DNA of 32,940 nucleotides from a virus, in the IMG/VR virus record IMGVR_UViG_3300012933_000178, positions 1 through 32,940 of that record; one strand, given 5' to 3'. Position 1 is the first letter of the stretch. Each line of letters begins with the position of its first letter. Under the pieces are notes generated by a model, which saw only the letters and a program-made list of their open reading frames with translations, searched no databases and was not told where the DNA came from. Positions 13,584 to 22,686 of the stretch are shown piece after piece. The position numbers were made by a program, and so were the translations under genes.

Positions 13584-15159
13584 ACCAGTGGGCGGCATGC
13601 GCCTAACCGTAGAGCAGATCTTGAAACGCCAAGATCTGGCTCAGAAAAAGAAGGACGAATTCCAGCAGCTGTACCAAGATGCGTATGAGTTTGCGCTTCC
13701 ACAGCGCCAGCTGTATGGCATCTGGGAAGGTGGCTCAACTGGCAGCAAGAAGATGCAGCGCGTCTTTGACTCCACAGCCATCAACAGCACACAGCGTTTT
13801 GCCAACCGCTTGCAATCTGTTGTATTTCCACCACAGCGCAAGTGGTGCCGCTTGGACGCAGGCATGGACATTCCAATGGATCGCAAGCCACAAGCCCAAG
13901 CGATCCTTGACCTGTACGGTGACAAGATGTTTGCCATGCTGCGCCAGTCCAATTTGGACATCGCCATTGGTGAGTTCTTGCTTGACTTGGCCGTAGGCAC
14001 TGCAGCAATGATGGTGCAGCCTGGTGACGACGTCAGCCCGATCAACTTCATTCCTGTGCCACTGTTCTTGGTGAGCTACGAAGAGGGTGCAAATGGCCAG
14101 GTGGACAACGTCTACCGACGCATGCGTCTGAAGGGTGAGAGCATCCAGCGCCAATGGCCAGATGCCGTGATCGGCCCAGACTTGCAGCTCCGCATTGACG
14201 AAAAACCAACAGAAGATGTTGAACTGATTGAAGCCACCATCTATGACCACAAGCGTGGCGACTACTGCTACCACGTGGTGCATAAGGAAACCCAGACAGA
14301 GCTGGTCTACCGTCGCAAGAAGTACAGCCCTTGGGTGATCTCTCGCTACATGAAGGTGGCTGGAGAGATCTATGGCCGTGGCCCATTAATGACGGCACTG
14401 CCAGACATCAAGACACTCAACAAGACCATTGAGCTGCTGCTGAAAAACGCATCACTCGCTGTGTCTGGTGTCTACACAGCAGCCGATGATGGTGTGCTCA
14501 ACCCTGCGACAGTGAAGCTGGTTCCAGGTGCGATCATCCCTGTGGCTCGCAACGGTGGGCCACAAGGCCCAGCTCTGCAGGCGCTGCCACGATCTGGCGA
14601 CTTCAACGTCACCCAGCTGGTGATCAACGACTTGCGCAGCAACGTCAAACGCATCTTGCTGGACGAATCCCTGCCGCCAGACAACATGAGTGCGCGCAGC
14701 GCGACAGAGATTGTTGAGCGCATGAAAGAGCTGTCGCAAAACCTTGGCTCTGCCTTTGGCCGATTGATCAACGAAACCATGATCCCATTGGTGTCGAAGG
14801 TCTTGGAGGTGATGGACGAGCGCGGTCTGATCGACTTGCCACTGCGCGTCAATGGCCTTGAGGTCAAGGTGACACCGCAGTCGCCATTGGCCAACGCGCA
14901 AGCCATGGAAGAGATCCAGGCGGTGTTGCAGTTTGCCCAGATGACGCAGACCATGGGGCCAGAAGGCCAGGTTGCCATCAAGTTTGGCGATGCCATCGAC
15001 TATCTCGGCGAGAAGCTGGGCGTGCCGTCTGCCTTGCGCAACACTGCAGCAGAGCGTGCCTTCCAAATTGAGCAGCAGCAACAGCAGCAAGCTCAAGCTC
15101 AGATGGCAGCAATGCAGATGGCCCAGGCTCAACAGCAACAACCAGCGGCAGCAGCATGA
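13570..15159 (+). CDS. Portal (head-to-tail connector) protein, T7 gp8-like (529 aa).
   Basis: Supported by size, position upstream of scaffold and capsid, connector-like N-terminal motifs (AYEFALPQR, STAINSTQRFANRLQS) and a poly-Q/A C-terminus. GAAGGA RBS. Confidence 0.82.
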   Translation: MATNKPVGGMRLTVEQILKRQDLAQKKKDEFQQLYQDAYEFALPQRQLYGIWEGGSTGSKKMQRVFDSTAINSTQRFANRLQSVVFPPQRKWCRLDAGMDIPMDRKPQAQAILDLYGDKMFAMLRQSNLDIAIGEFLLDLAVGTAAMMVQPGDDVSPINFIPVPLFLVSYEEGANGQVDNVYRRMRLKGESIQRQWPDAVIGPDLQLRIDEKPTEDVELIEATIYDHKRGDYCYHVVHKETQTELVYRRKKYSPWVISRYMKVAGEIYGRGPLMTALPDIKTLNKTIELLLKNASLAVSGVYTAADDGVLNPATVKLVPGAIIPVARNGGPQGPALQALPRSGDFNVTQLVINDLRSNVKRILLDESLPPDNMSARSATEIVERMKELSQNLGSAFGRLINETMIPLVSKVLEVMDERGLIDLPLRVNGLEVKVTPQSPLANAQAMEEIQAVLQFAQMTQTMGPEGQVAIKFGDAIDYLGEKLGVPSALRNTAAERAFQIEQQQQQQAQAQMAAMQMAQAQQQQPAAAA

Positions 15160-15419
15160 GCTGGGAGGAATTAGAAGCCATTGGCCAGCCGCAAGATGTG
15201 CGCGCTGTCGAGCAAAAGCGCGAAGACACGGATCGCCTGTGTTTGCGCGTGCTTGGATCTGAAGATGGTCAGCTGCTAATGAAGTGGCTGAGAGAGACAA
15301 TTTTGGAGCAGCCCGTCGCCGTGCCTGGCTCTCCTGCGGATTTCGCTTTCTACCGTGAAGGTCAGAACAGCGTGATCCGTGATCTTGAGGCGCGGATTAA
15401 CAGAGCAAGGAAACCATGA
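15156..15419 (+). CDS. Hypothetical protein (87 aa) between portal and scaffold.
   Basis: ATGA overlaps on both sides. Small genes at this position are conserved in BPP-1-type podoviruses (from memory). Confidence 0.6.
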   Translation: MSWEELEAIGQPQDVRAVEQKREDTDRLCLRVLGSEDGQLLMKWLRETILEQPVAVPGSPADFAFYREGQNSVIRDLEARINRARKP

Positions 15420-16180
15420 CCACTGAAGCAACAACCGTCGAGCCCACCGCTGGTGGCCTACTTGACAGCGTGCAAGTGACCGACGAAAACAAACCAGCTG
15501 GTGATTCTCAGAAGGCTGAGATCAATCACAAAGCAGACGACAAAGCGCCAGACACTGGTGCTCCAAAGGCAAAGCCAGAATATCTGCCAAACAACTTTTG
15601 GGACGCAGACAAGGGTGAAGCCAAGTATGAAGCCATGGCCAAGTCTTGGTCGGACATGCGCAAGACGATCTCTCAGGGTAAGCACAAAGCCCCTGAAGAT
15701 GGTGAGTATGACACCAGCGTACTTGCTGTAGGCGTTGATCCAAAGGCGCTTACAGAGTACGCGGCCAAGTGGGGTTTGAGCCAGGCAGCTTTTGAAGAGC
15801 TAGCAGCACAGACCAAACAGCTGGCAGAGCAGGCAGCTGGCCCAGCCATTGACTCAGAGGCTGAGATGAAGGCGCTTGGCCCCAATGCCAACGCTGTTGT
15901 CAGCGGCATGGTTGACTGGGCGCGTGGCCTGGTCAACAAAGGCGTCTGGTCAAAAGAGGACTTTGAAGAGTTCAAGATCATGGGCGGCACAGCCCGTGGC
16001 ATCTCGGCTCTGATGAAAGTGCGCGAAGCCTATGAAGGCCGAGTGCCAACCAACACCATGGTTGATGATGGCGCGCCAAGCAAGGATGAGCTGTACCAAA
16101 TGGTGGCTGATCCTAAATACAAGACAGACGCAGCCTATCGCCAGAAGGTTGAAAAGCTGTTCCAGCAGATTGTTCGATGA
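15416..16180 (+). CDS. Scaffolding protein candidate (254 aa).
   Basis: Acidic, Ala/Lys/Glu-rich and helical. It sits between the portal and the major capsid gene, as in T7 (gp9). Confidence 0.6.
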   Translation: MTTEATTVEPTAGGLLDSVQVTDENKPAGDSQKAEINHKADDKAPDTGAPKAKPEYLPNNFWDADKGEAKYEAMAKSWSDMRKTISQGKHKAPEDGEYDTSVLAVGVDPKALTEYAAKWGLSQAAFEELAAQTKQLAEQAAGPAIDSEAEMKALGPNANAVVSGMVDWARGLVNKGVWSKEDFEEFKIMGGTARGISALMKVREAYEGRVPTNTMVDDGAPSKDELYQMVADPKYKTDAAYRQKVEKLFQQIVR

Positions 16181-16216
16181 ATGTCTCCTAGAGTTTGCAA
16201 GTGCCATTTGCAACTT

Positions 16217-16243
16217 AGCCCCACTTCGGTGGGGCTTTTTTTT
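16217..16243 (+). terminator. Rho-independent terminator between the scaffold and capsid genes.
   Basis: AGCCCCAC, loop TTCG, GTGGGGCT, followed by a T-run through 16243. Confidence 0.8.
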
Positions 16244-16432
16244 ACATGAGCAAACAACACAGCTTGCACTACCACAAAAAAGTCATACAATTCGCCGCAA
16301 GGCCCACCGATTTATCGACCCTTACCGCAGTGGATGCTGACGACTGGCTGGCGCAACCAGCAAGCAAAGGCCCAGGTAACTGGCTAACCAGAGCGCTAAA
16401 ACCCTGTTCAACAAAATCATTGAGGTAATCAA

Positions 16433-17275
16433 ATGAGCGTTTCTTTATCTAACGCCTTTGTGACACTGTTCGATGCTGAAGTGAAACAAGCCTACCAGGG
16501 CAAAGCTCAACTGGTTGGTGCGGTTCGTTCACGTCGTGGTGTTGAAGGCTCCACAGTCAAATTCCCTAAAGTCGGTGCAGGCGTCGCAACTCCCCGCGTG
16601 CCACAAACTGACGTCACTCCTATCAACGCTTCTTTCAGCCAAGTCACTTTGACTCTCGCTGACTGGAACGCTGCTGAGTACAGCGACATCTTCTCGCAAG
16701 CCAAAGTTAACTTTGACGAGCGTCAAGAGTTGGTGCAAGTCGTGGCAAACGCCATGGGCCGTCGCCAAGACCAGATGATCATCGACGCATTGGCTGCATC
16801 AAGCACTAGCTTGACTGTGTCCAACGACATCGGTGGCTCTGACACCAACATGAACGTTGCCAAGTTGCGCGAAGCCAAGCGCTTGCTCGACAAGAACAAC
16901 GTTGATCCAGGTGACCGTCACATCGTCATCCACGCTAACAGCTTGGCGTCTTTGCTGTCTGAGACTGCAGTGACTTCTAGCGACTTCAACAGCGTGAAAG
17001 CGTTGGTGCAAGGCGACATCAATACATTCTTGGGCTTCACCTTCCACGTGTTGGGTGACCGCTCTGAGGGTGGCTTGGCCATCGACGGCAGCAATGACCG
17101 CACTGTGTGGGCTTTCCACAAGTCGGCCATCGGCTACGGTGAAGGCATCGGCATGCGCACCGAAATCAACTACATCCCTGAGAAGACCAGCTGGTTGGTT
17201 AACGAAGTCTTCAGCGCTGGCGCTATCGCCATCGACGCTGCTGGCATCGTGCAAATCACTTGCCGCGAATCTTGA
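16433..17275 (+). CDS. Major capsid protein (280 aa).
   Basis: It follows the scaffold gene. The N-terminal VTLFDAEVKQAYQ...VKFPKVG pattern is typical of podovirus capsid proteins. Codon bias differs from neighbours (TTG, CAA, CGT, GGT, GCT). GAGGTAA RBS. Confidence 0.78.
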   Translation: MSVSLSNAFVTLFDAEVKQAYQGKAQLVGAVRSRRGVEGSTVKFPKVGAGVATPRVPQTDVTPINASFSQVTLTLADWNAAEYSDIFSQAKVNFDERQELVQVVANAMGRRQDQMIIDALAASSTSLTVSNDIGGSDTNMNVAKLREAKRLLDKNNVDPGDRHIVIHANSLASLLSETAVTSSDFNSVKALVQGDINTFLGFTFHVLGDRSEGGLAIDGSNDRTVWAFHKSAIGYGEGIGMRTEINYIPEKTSWLVNEVFSAGAIAIDAAGIVQITCRES

Positions 17276-17298
17276 TCTTAATTAAGGAGTAAAGAATC

Positions 17299-17571
17299 AT
17301 GGCATATTCAAGCACTGGTTTGGTAACTGTTGCATCGTCTAAGCGCGGCAACGGCCCATCGATGTACCTGTACAAAACATCTGACACACAGGCAACTGTT
17401 AACACATCTGGCTATTTCAATAGCTTGGCTTCCATGTTGGAAGTTGGTGACATCATTTTCGTGTATGACACCACAACTCCCAGCTTGGTGCTGACTTATG
17501 TGAATGGCAACACAGGTACTGTTGTTGACATCGCTGACGGCACAACCGTAACAGCAACAGATACCGACTAA
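17299..17571 (+). CDS. Hypothetical small structural protein (90 aa), possibly head decoration or head fibre.
   Basis: AAGGAG RBS. It lies immediately after the capsid gene, is beta-rich and shares the capsid gene's codon style. Confidence 0.55.
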   Translation: MAYSSTGLVTVASSKRGNGPSMYLYKTSDTQATVNTSGYFNSLASMLEVGDIIFVYDTTTPSLVLTYVNGNTGTVVDIADGTTVTATDTD

Positions 17572-17590
17572 TCGGCATCTGTAAAAAGGT

Positions 17591-17622
17591 GGGCCAGTCA
17601 CTGAGTATTCGGGGGCTGGCCC
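17591..17622 (+). terminator. Weak hairpin or terminator candidate after the capsid module.
   Basis: GGGCCAG (17591-17597) pairs with CTGGCCC (17616-17622) around an 18-nt loop. Only a short T-rich tail follows. Confidence 0.3.
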
Positions 17623-17643
17623 TTCTCACATTGAGAGGTTCAC

Positions 17644-18258
17644 ATGGCTGCTGGTGATACTGGTGTTTCTATTTGCTCAGATGCCCTGCTGATGCTGGGA
17701 TCAAAAGCTATTTCATCATTCAATGATGGAACCGACGAGTCCAGCGTTTGTGACCGTCTATACGCTGATATTCGTGACTCTGCTCTGGTGATGTACCCAT
17801 GGAGCTTTGCCACAAAGAAGATCAAGCTGGCGCGTTTGGTGACGACGCCAACAAGTGTTTGGCGCTATGAGTACCAGTTACCAGGCGACAAGCTCAACAA
17901 TCCGCGTGCAGTGTTTGCGACGTCAAACGTTGGCGCACATCCAGAAAAAGACTGGGAGATCCAAGGCGACAAACTGCTGACGAATCTCGACCAGGTCTAC
18001 ATCGACTACCACTTCAGCGTTGGCGAGTATGCGATGCCGCAATACTTTGTGCAGCTGCTGAAGTACATGCTGGCCTGGCACTTGGCCATGCCTATCACTG
18101 AGCAGTCTGACCGTGCTGTCTATTGGCAAGGCGTTGCTGTTGGTGACCGCAATGAAAATGGCCGTGGTGGATTCTTCCGCACAGCCACGCAAATTGATGG
18201 ACAGAGCAAGCCCAACCAGGTGCTTGAAGACTACAGCCTGACAGCAGTGAGGTTTTAA
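17644..18258 (+). CDS. Tail tubular protein A / adaptor (T7 gp11-like, 204 aa).
   Basis: Size and position match T7 gp11: after the capsid and before the large tubular B gene. GAGAGG RBS. Confidence 0.62.
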   Translation: MAAGDTGVSICSDALLMLGSKAISSFNDGTDESSVCDRLYADIRDSALVMYPWSFATKKIKLARLVTTPTSVWRYEYQLPGDKLNNPRAVFATSNVGAHPEKDWEIQGDKLLTNLDQVYIDYHFSVGEYAMPQYFVQLLKYMLAWHLAMPITEQSDRAVYWQGVAVGDRNENGRGGFFRTATQIDGQSKPNQVLEDYSLTAVRF

Positions 18259-20231
18259 TGCCACGCTTCGTTGACGTACAGACCAACTTCTCCACGGGCG
18301 AGCTCGACCCGTTACTGCGCTCGCGTGTTGACCTGGCTCAGTACAACAACGCATTGGCCAAAGCAACCAACGTGGTTGTGCAGCCACAGGGCGGCATCCG
18401 TCGCAGGCCAGGTCTGAAGTACATGGCCGAGCTGCCAAGCGCAGCTGCTGACGGTGTGCGTCTGGTTCCGTTTGAATTCAACGTGGACGACAGCTACATG
18501 CTGTGTTTCACCAACAACCGCATGTATGTCTTCAAGGACGGCGTGCAAATCACAGCCATCAATGGTGGTGCAAACGCATACTTGGCGACAAGCATCACCA
18601 GCGCCATGCTGAGTGACCTGTGCTGGACTCAGTCAGCTGACACAATGATCTTGGTTCATCCAGATCTTGCGCCAACAAAGCTGGTGCGTGGCGCGACCAA
18701 TGCTGACTGGACATTGTCAACATTGACGTTTGAGGGTATTCCAAAACACGCGTTTACCCTGACCGTGACAACACCAAGTGCTGGCCACCTGACGCCAAGC
18801 GCTGTGTCTGGTAACGTGACATTGACAGCTCAAAATACAATTTTCACGTCAGCCGACTTGAATCAGTACATCAATGCATCACCACAAGGTCGTGCTCGCA
18901 TCATTGAGGTTGTGAGCAATACAGTGGTCAAGGCTGTGACTGAATTTCCATTTTTCAGCACAAGCAACATTGCGCAGGGAAGCTGGGAGATTGAGTCTGG
19001 TTACGAAAATGTATGGAGCAGCGGCAAAGGCTGGCCACGCACTGTGACTTTCCATGAAGGTCGCCTGTATTTTGGTGGATCTAAGTCACGCCCTTCAACG
19101 ATCTGGGGCAGCAAGATCGGCATCTTCTACGACTTTATCCCAACACAAGCGTTGGACGATGACGCTGTTGAAGCAACGCTTGACACCAGCTCGCTCAACG
19201 TGATCGTTGACATGATCTCTGGCCGCGACTTGCAAGTGTTCACGACTGGTGGTGAGTTCTATGTGCCACAGGCTGGCACAGATCCGATCACGCCACTGAC
19301 TTTGACATTCAAGGCTGTTTCACGTAATGGCACAAAGCCTGGCATCCGTGTGCAGTCACTTGAGTCTGGTTCGGTCTATGTGCAGCGCCAAGGCAAGTCA
19401 GTCAATGAGTTCTTGTTTTCTGACTCGCAACTGACGTATGTGACGCAGCGCATCTCTTTGCTGTCTGGCCATCTTTTGAAAACGCCAAACCGCATCGCAC
19501 TGCGTCGCGGCACAAGCACTGATGAGGGTGACTTGCTGATGATGTCAAACACCAGCGATGGGTCAATGGCAGTTTTCAGCATCATGCGCAGCCAGCAGAT
19601 CACAGCCCCTTCTGAGTTCATCACTGATGGTGAATTCAAGGATGTGGCTGTTGACGTGACTGACATCTACACAGTTGTCAAGCGCACATTCAACAGCACA
19701 GCTCGCTACTTTGTTGAGCTGTTTACATACGACTCTTTCACTGACTGTGCCTTCATTGGTGGCGCTGCTTCAAGCAAGTCAAGCCTGCCGCACGAAGGCA
19801 AGACATTGAATGTGATCTGTGACGGTGTGCCACAGGATGACGAGGTTGTAAGCTCTGGGTCAGTGACATTCACACGCGCCAGCACTTCATCTTTTGAGGT
19901 TGGCCTGCCGTTCACTGTTTATGCAAAGACGATGCCCGTCGAGCTGAAGCTGCAGACTGGCACACGCATGGGCTTTAAGAAGCGCATTGTCGAGATCAAC
20001 GCTGTGGTTGACAATACACAGCACATGACATTGAACAACAACCCTGTGCCTTTCCGATTATTTGACAACCCACTGCTGGACGAGGCAGAGCCAGAATTCA
20101 CTGGCATCAAGCGCGTCAATGGCGTGCTGGGTTATTCGCGTGATGCTGCGATTGAAGTGTCGCAAAATCTTCCACTGAAAATGACGCTGCTTGGCCTTGA
20201 GTTCAAGGTTGCTGTGTCAGGGGGTACATGA
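18258..20231 (+). CDS. Tail tubular protein B / nozzle (T7 gp12-like, 657 aa).
   Basis: N-terminus FSTGELDPLLRSRVDLAQYNNAL...QPQGGIRRRPG is typical of podovirus tubular B proteins. Synteny agrees. Confidence 0.68.
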   Translation: MPRFVDVQTNFSTGELDPLLRSRVDLAQYNNALAKATNVVVQPQGGIRRRPGLKYMAELPSAAADGVRLVPFEFNVDDSYMLCFTNNRMYVFKDGVQITAINGGANAYLATSITSAMLSDLCWTQSADTMILVHPDLAPTKLVRGATNADWTLSTLTFEGIPKHAFTLTVTTPSAGHLTPSAVSGNVTLTAQNTIFTSADLNQYINASPQGRARIIEVVSNTVVKAVTEFPFFSTSNIAQGSWEIESGYENVWSSGKGWPRTVTFHEGRLYFGGSKSRPSTIWGSKIGIFYDFIPTQALDDDAVEATLDTSSLNVIVDMISGRDLQVFTTGGEFYVPQAGTDPITPLTLTFKAVSRNGTKPGIRVQSLESGSVYVQRQGKSVNEFLFSDSQLTYVTQRISLLSGHLLKTPNRIALRRGTSTDEGDLLMMSNTSDGSMAVFSIMRSQQITAPSEFITDGEFKDVAVDVTDIYTVVKRTFNSTARYFVELFTYDSFTDCAFIGGAASSKSSLPHEGKTLNVICDGVPQDDEVVSSGSVTFTRASTSSFEVGLPFTVYAKTMPVELKLQTGTRMGFKKRIVEINAVVDNTQHMTLNNNPVPFRLFDNPLLDEAEPEFTGIKRVNGVLGYSRDAAIEVSQNLPLKMTLLGLEFKVAVSGGT

Positions 20232-20929
20232 TGGCCGACGATTTTTTGATAAGTGAACCACCAACAGAAGGCTTTGACTGGACTGGAGCGCTTGACATTG
20301 GTGGGAAGCTGTTTTCTGCTGTGCAAGGTGGCGTCAACCTGGCTGCGCCGTTTGCAGCGCTGGCCACAGCAGACGCTACTGCTTCACGTCAAAAGGCTGC
20401 TGCTTACTACCAGCAGGGCTTGTACGAAGTCCAGGCTTCTGACACGCTTCGCCTGGCTCAGATTCGCGCCGACCAAGATGAAAAGTATGCACAGATCCAG
20501 GCTGGCCGCAAGCTGCAGCAAGCTGAGATGCAGGCAACCAACTACACCATCGCTGGCAACACGCTGCTGCGCAACATGGAGCGTGCAAACGCTGCTGTGC
20601 GTGCTCGCGCTGCTGCCAATGGTGTGGCCTACAACGAAGGCTCTGCAGCAAGCGTGCAGGTCGAAAACGTGGCTGCTACCTACCGAGATGTAGGCATCAC
20701 CAATTTGAACGCGCTGACGGCCCGTTTGCTTGGTTTTGAGGACGCATCTGCCATGGTGCTTGCTGCCAAAGAACAGAAAGAGCTGACAATGAACGCAGCT
20801 GAGACACAAGCCAAGCAACTGCGCATGGCTGGTGAATTTGCTGTGCAGTCTGGCGGCATCCTTTCTGGGGCGACAATGACAACCGCTGCCTTGGATTTTG
20901 CCAAGACTGTTAAAAACCCATTTGCATGA
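20228..20929 (+). CDS. Internal virion protein candidate (233 aa).
   Basis: It follows the tubular genes as T7 gp13/14 do. Ala/Gln-rich and helical. Confidence 0.5.
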   Translation: MMADDFLISEPPTEGFDWTGALDIGGKLFSAVQGGVNLAAPFAALATADATASRQKAAAYYQQGLYEVQASDTLRLAQIRADQDEKYAQIQAGRKLQQAEMQATNYTIAGNTLLRNMERANAAVRARAAANGVAYNEGSAASVQVENVAATYRDVGITNLNALTARLLGFEDASAMVLAAKEQKELTMNAAETQAKQLRMAGEFAVQSGGILSGATMTTAALDFAKTVKNPFA

Positions 20930-20937
20930 GTTGAACC

Positions 20938-22686
20938 ATGGCCGAATTACCACTCCTCCAATCTGGTCGCGTTGAGAACGCAGCTATCCCTGGTGCGGTC
21001 TTGCCGCAGGTCAACGCTCCGCAAGTCAACTATGTCGGCCTTCAAGCTGGTGCTCAGTACCAGCAGCAGATCGCTCAATCACTTGACCGTCTGACAAGCA
21101 ACTTGTTTGGCATCGCCAAGGACGCTGCGCAGCAGGCTGGCCTGCAGTATGTGGCCGACAACCCGATCACCGACGAGCAGCTGCGAGCTGCGCGTGAAGG
21201 CAATGCCGAGCCGCTGAAGCTGGGCGGCACATTGAATATCTATGACGCTGCCGTGCGCAAAGCCCGTGCGTTTGAGATTTCCAACCAGTTTGAGATTGAA
21301 GCACGCTCAAAGCTGGCCGTGATGCTGACTGCTGTCGAGCAAGGTGGAGCAACCACAGAGCAAGTAAAGCAGCAGATCGGCGTGATGATGGACGGCTTCG
21401 GCAAGTCGCTGGTCAACGTTGACCCAGAGGCATCGCTGAAGTTCCGCGCCACCATCTCAACCATGGGCAACACAGTGCTGGCCAAGGCTGCAGAGGAAGA
21501 GATCAAGCTGCAAAAGCGCCAGCGCCTGGTCAAGTTTGACGCTGACTTTGACAACAGCGTCCGTCTGCTTGAGGCGTCAGTGGCGCGTGGCTATTGGATT
21601 GACCCACAGACCCAGCAGCCGCGCTCAGTCGAAGACTTGGCCAACGTCTACCGCGACACGGTCAAAAACAGCGCGCTGCTGATGACAGACCCTGTGATGC
21701 AGAAGACGTACAGCGACAAGTTTGAAGCTGCCTACAAGAAGGCTCGCATTGGCGCTGTGTCTGATTTTGTGACCAGCGATGAGTTTGGCACTGACTTCCA
21801 GCAAGGCTTGGCCCGCATCCGTGTGGGTGACGTAGGCAAGATGAAGGATGTCTTTGCCAGCATGGACTACGCAGACAAGAAGGAAGTGGTTGCTAACTTC
21901 ATGCTGTCCAACAACCAGCGCATTGACGCTGCCAACCAGAAGCGTTTGGAAGCAGAGCGTGCTGGCCAGGTTTCAGCAATGAACATCCTGTCGCAGATCT
22001 ACACACTGCCAGATGGTGATCCAAAGCGCAAAACTCTTGCTGCACAGCTGGCCAACGTCGCACGCAGTGCACCTGGATCAGTACCTATTGGTGTGCTCAA
22101 GGATGTGCTTGACACTAGCGCTGGCGGCAATGCCATGGCTGAGTTCAATTTAATCAATGGCATCTACAACGGCAGCATCACCAACGCTAATCAGATCTGG
22201 GCAACTGTTGGGCCAAATGGAACCAATGGCAAGCAAGCACTAAGTGCGCTCAAGCTGCTCAACTCAGAAGATCGACGCGACCAGCAAGAGCTTGATCGTG
22301 GCTTGTCTCGTTTGGCTGGCATCCCAACCATGCCTGGCCAAGTGACTGTGATTGATCCAAAGGGTGCTGAGTTCCAGCGACTGCAGACACTGCGTGCTGA
22401 TGCACAAAGCATTCAGGCTGAAGCGCTCCGCAAAAATGAGGTGATCACGCCGCGCCAAGTGTTGGAGCGCGTTGAAACAGCATTGCAAAAAACACGAAGC
22501 ACTGAGCAGGCAAATGCCGCTCGCAAAAGTCTTGACACTGTGTGGAGCAAGAAGGAGTGGATCAACGGCCCAATCACCCGCGACTCAATCCCAGCGCTTC
22601 GCAGGAAAGCTGGCAATGATGTCGGCAAGAATAGAGAAGTTGACCAAATTGAAAAACTGCTCAAGCAAGCAGAAGGGGGTAATTGA
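20938..22686 (+). CDS. Internal virion / ejection protein candidate (582 aa).
   Basis: Position is analogous to T7 gp15. Mostly helical. No enzymatic motif recognised. Confidence 0.5.
   Translation: MAELPLLQSGRVENAAIPGAVLPQVNAPQVNYVGLQAGAQYQQQIAQSLDRLTSNLFGIAKDAAQQAGLQYVADNPITDEQLRAAREGNAEPLKLGGTLNIYDAAVRKARAFEISNQFEIEARSKLAVMLTAVEQGGATTEQVKQQIGVMMDGFGKSLVNVDPEASLKFRATISTMGNTVLAKAAEEEIKLQKRQRLVKFDADFDNSVRLLEASVARGYWIDPQTQQPRSVEDLANVYRDTVKNSALLMTDPVMQKTYSDKFEAAYKKARIGAVSDFVTSDEFGTDFQQGLARIRVGDVGKMKDVFASMDYADKKEVVANFMLSNNQRIDAANQKRLEAERAGQVSAMNILSQIYTLPDGDPKRKTLAAQLANVARSAPGSVPIGVLKDVLDTSAGGNAMAEFNLINGIYNGSITNANQIWATVGPNGTNGKQALSALKLLNSEDRRDQQELDRGLSRLAGIPTMPGQVTVIDPKGAEFQRLQTLRADAQSIQAEALRKNEVITPRQVLERVETALQKTRSTEQANAARKSLDTVWSKKEWINGPITRDSIPALRRKAGNDVGKNREVDQIEKLLKQAEGGN

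Noticed and set aside
13735-15300. Minus-strand ORFs of 182, 174 and 282 aa.
   Set aside because: They are antisense shadows of the portal gene.
16246-16428. 60-aa ORF between the terminator and the capsid gene.
   Set aside because: It has no RBS, starts within the terminator's T-run and has an odd composition. It is more likely the capsid mRNA leader.
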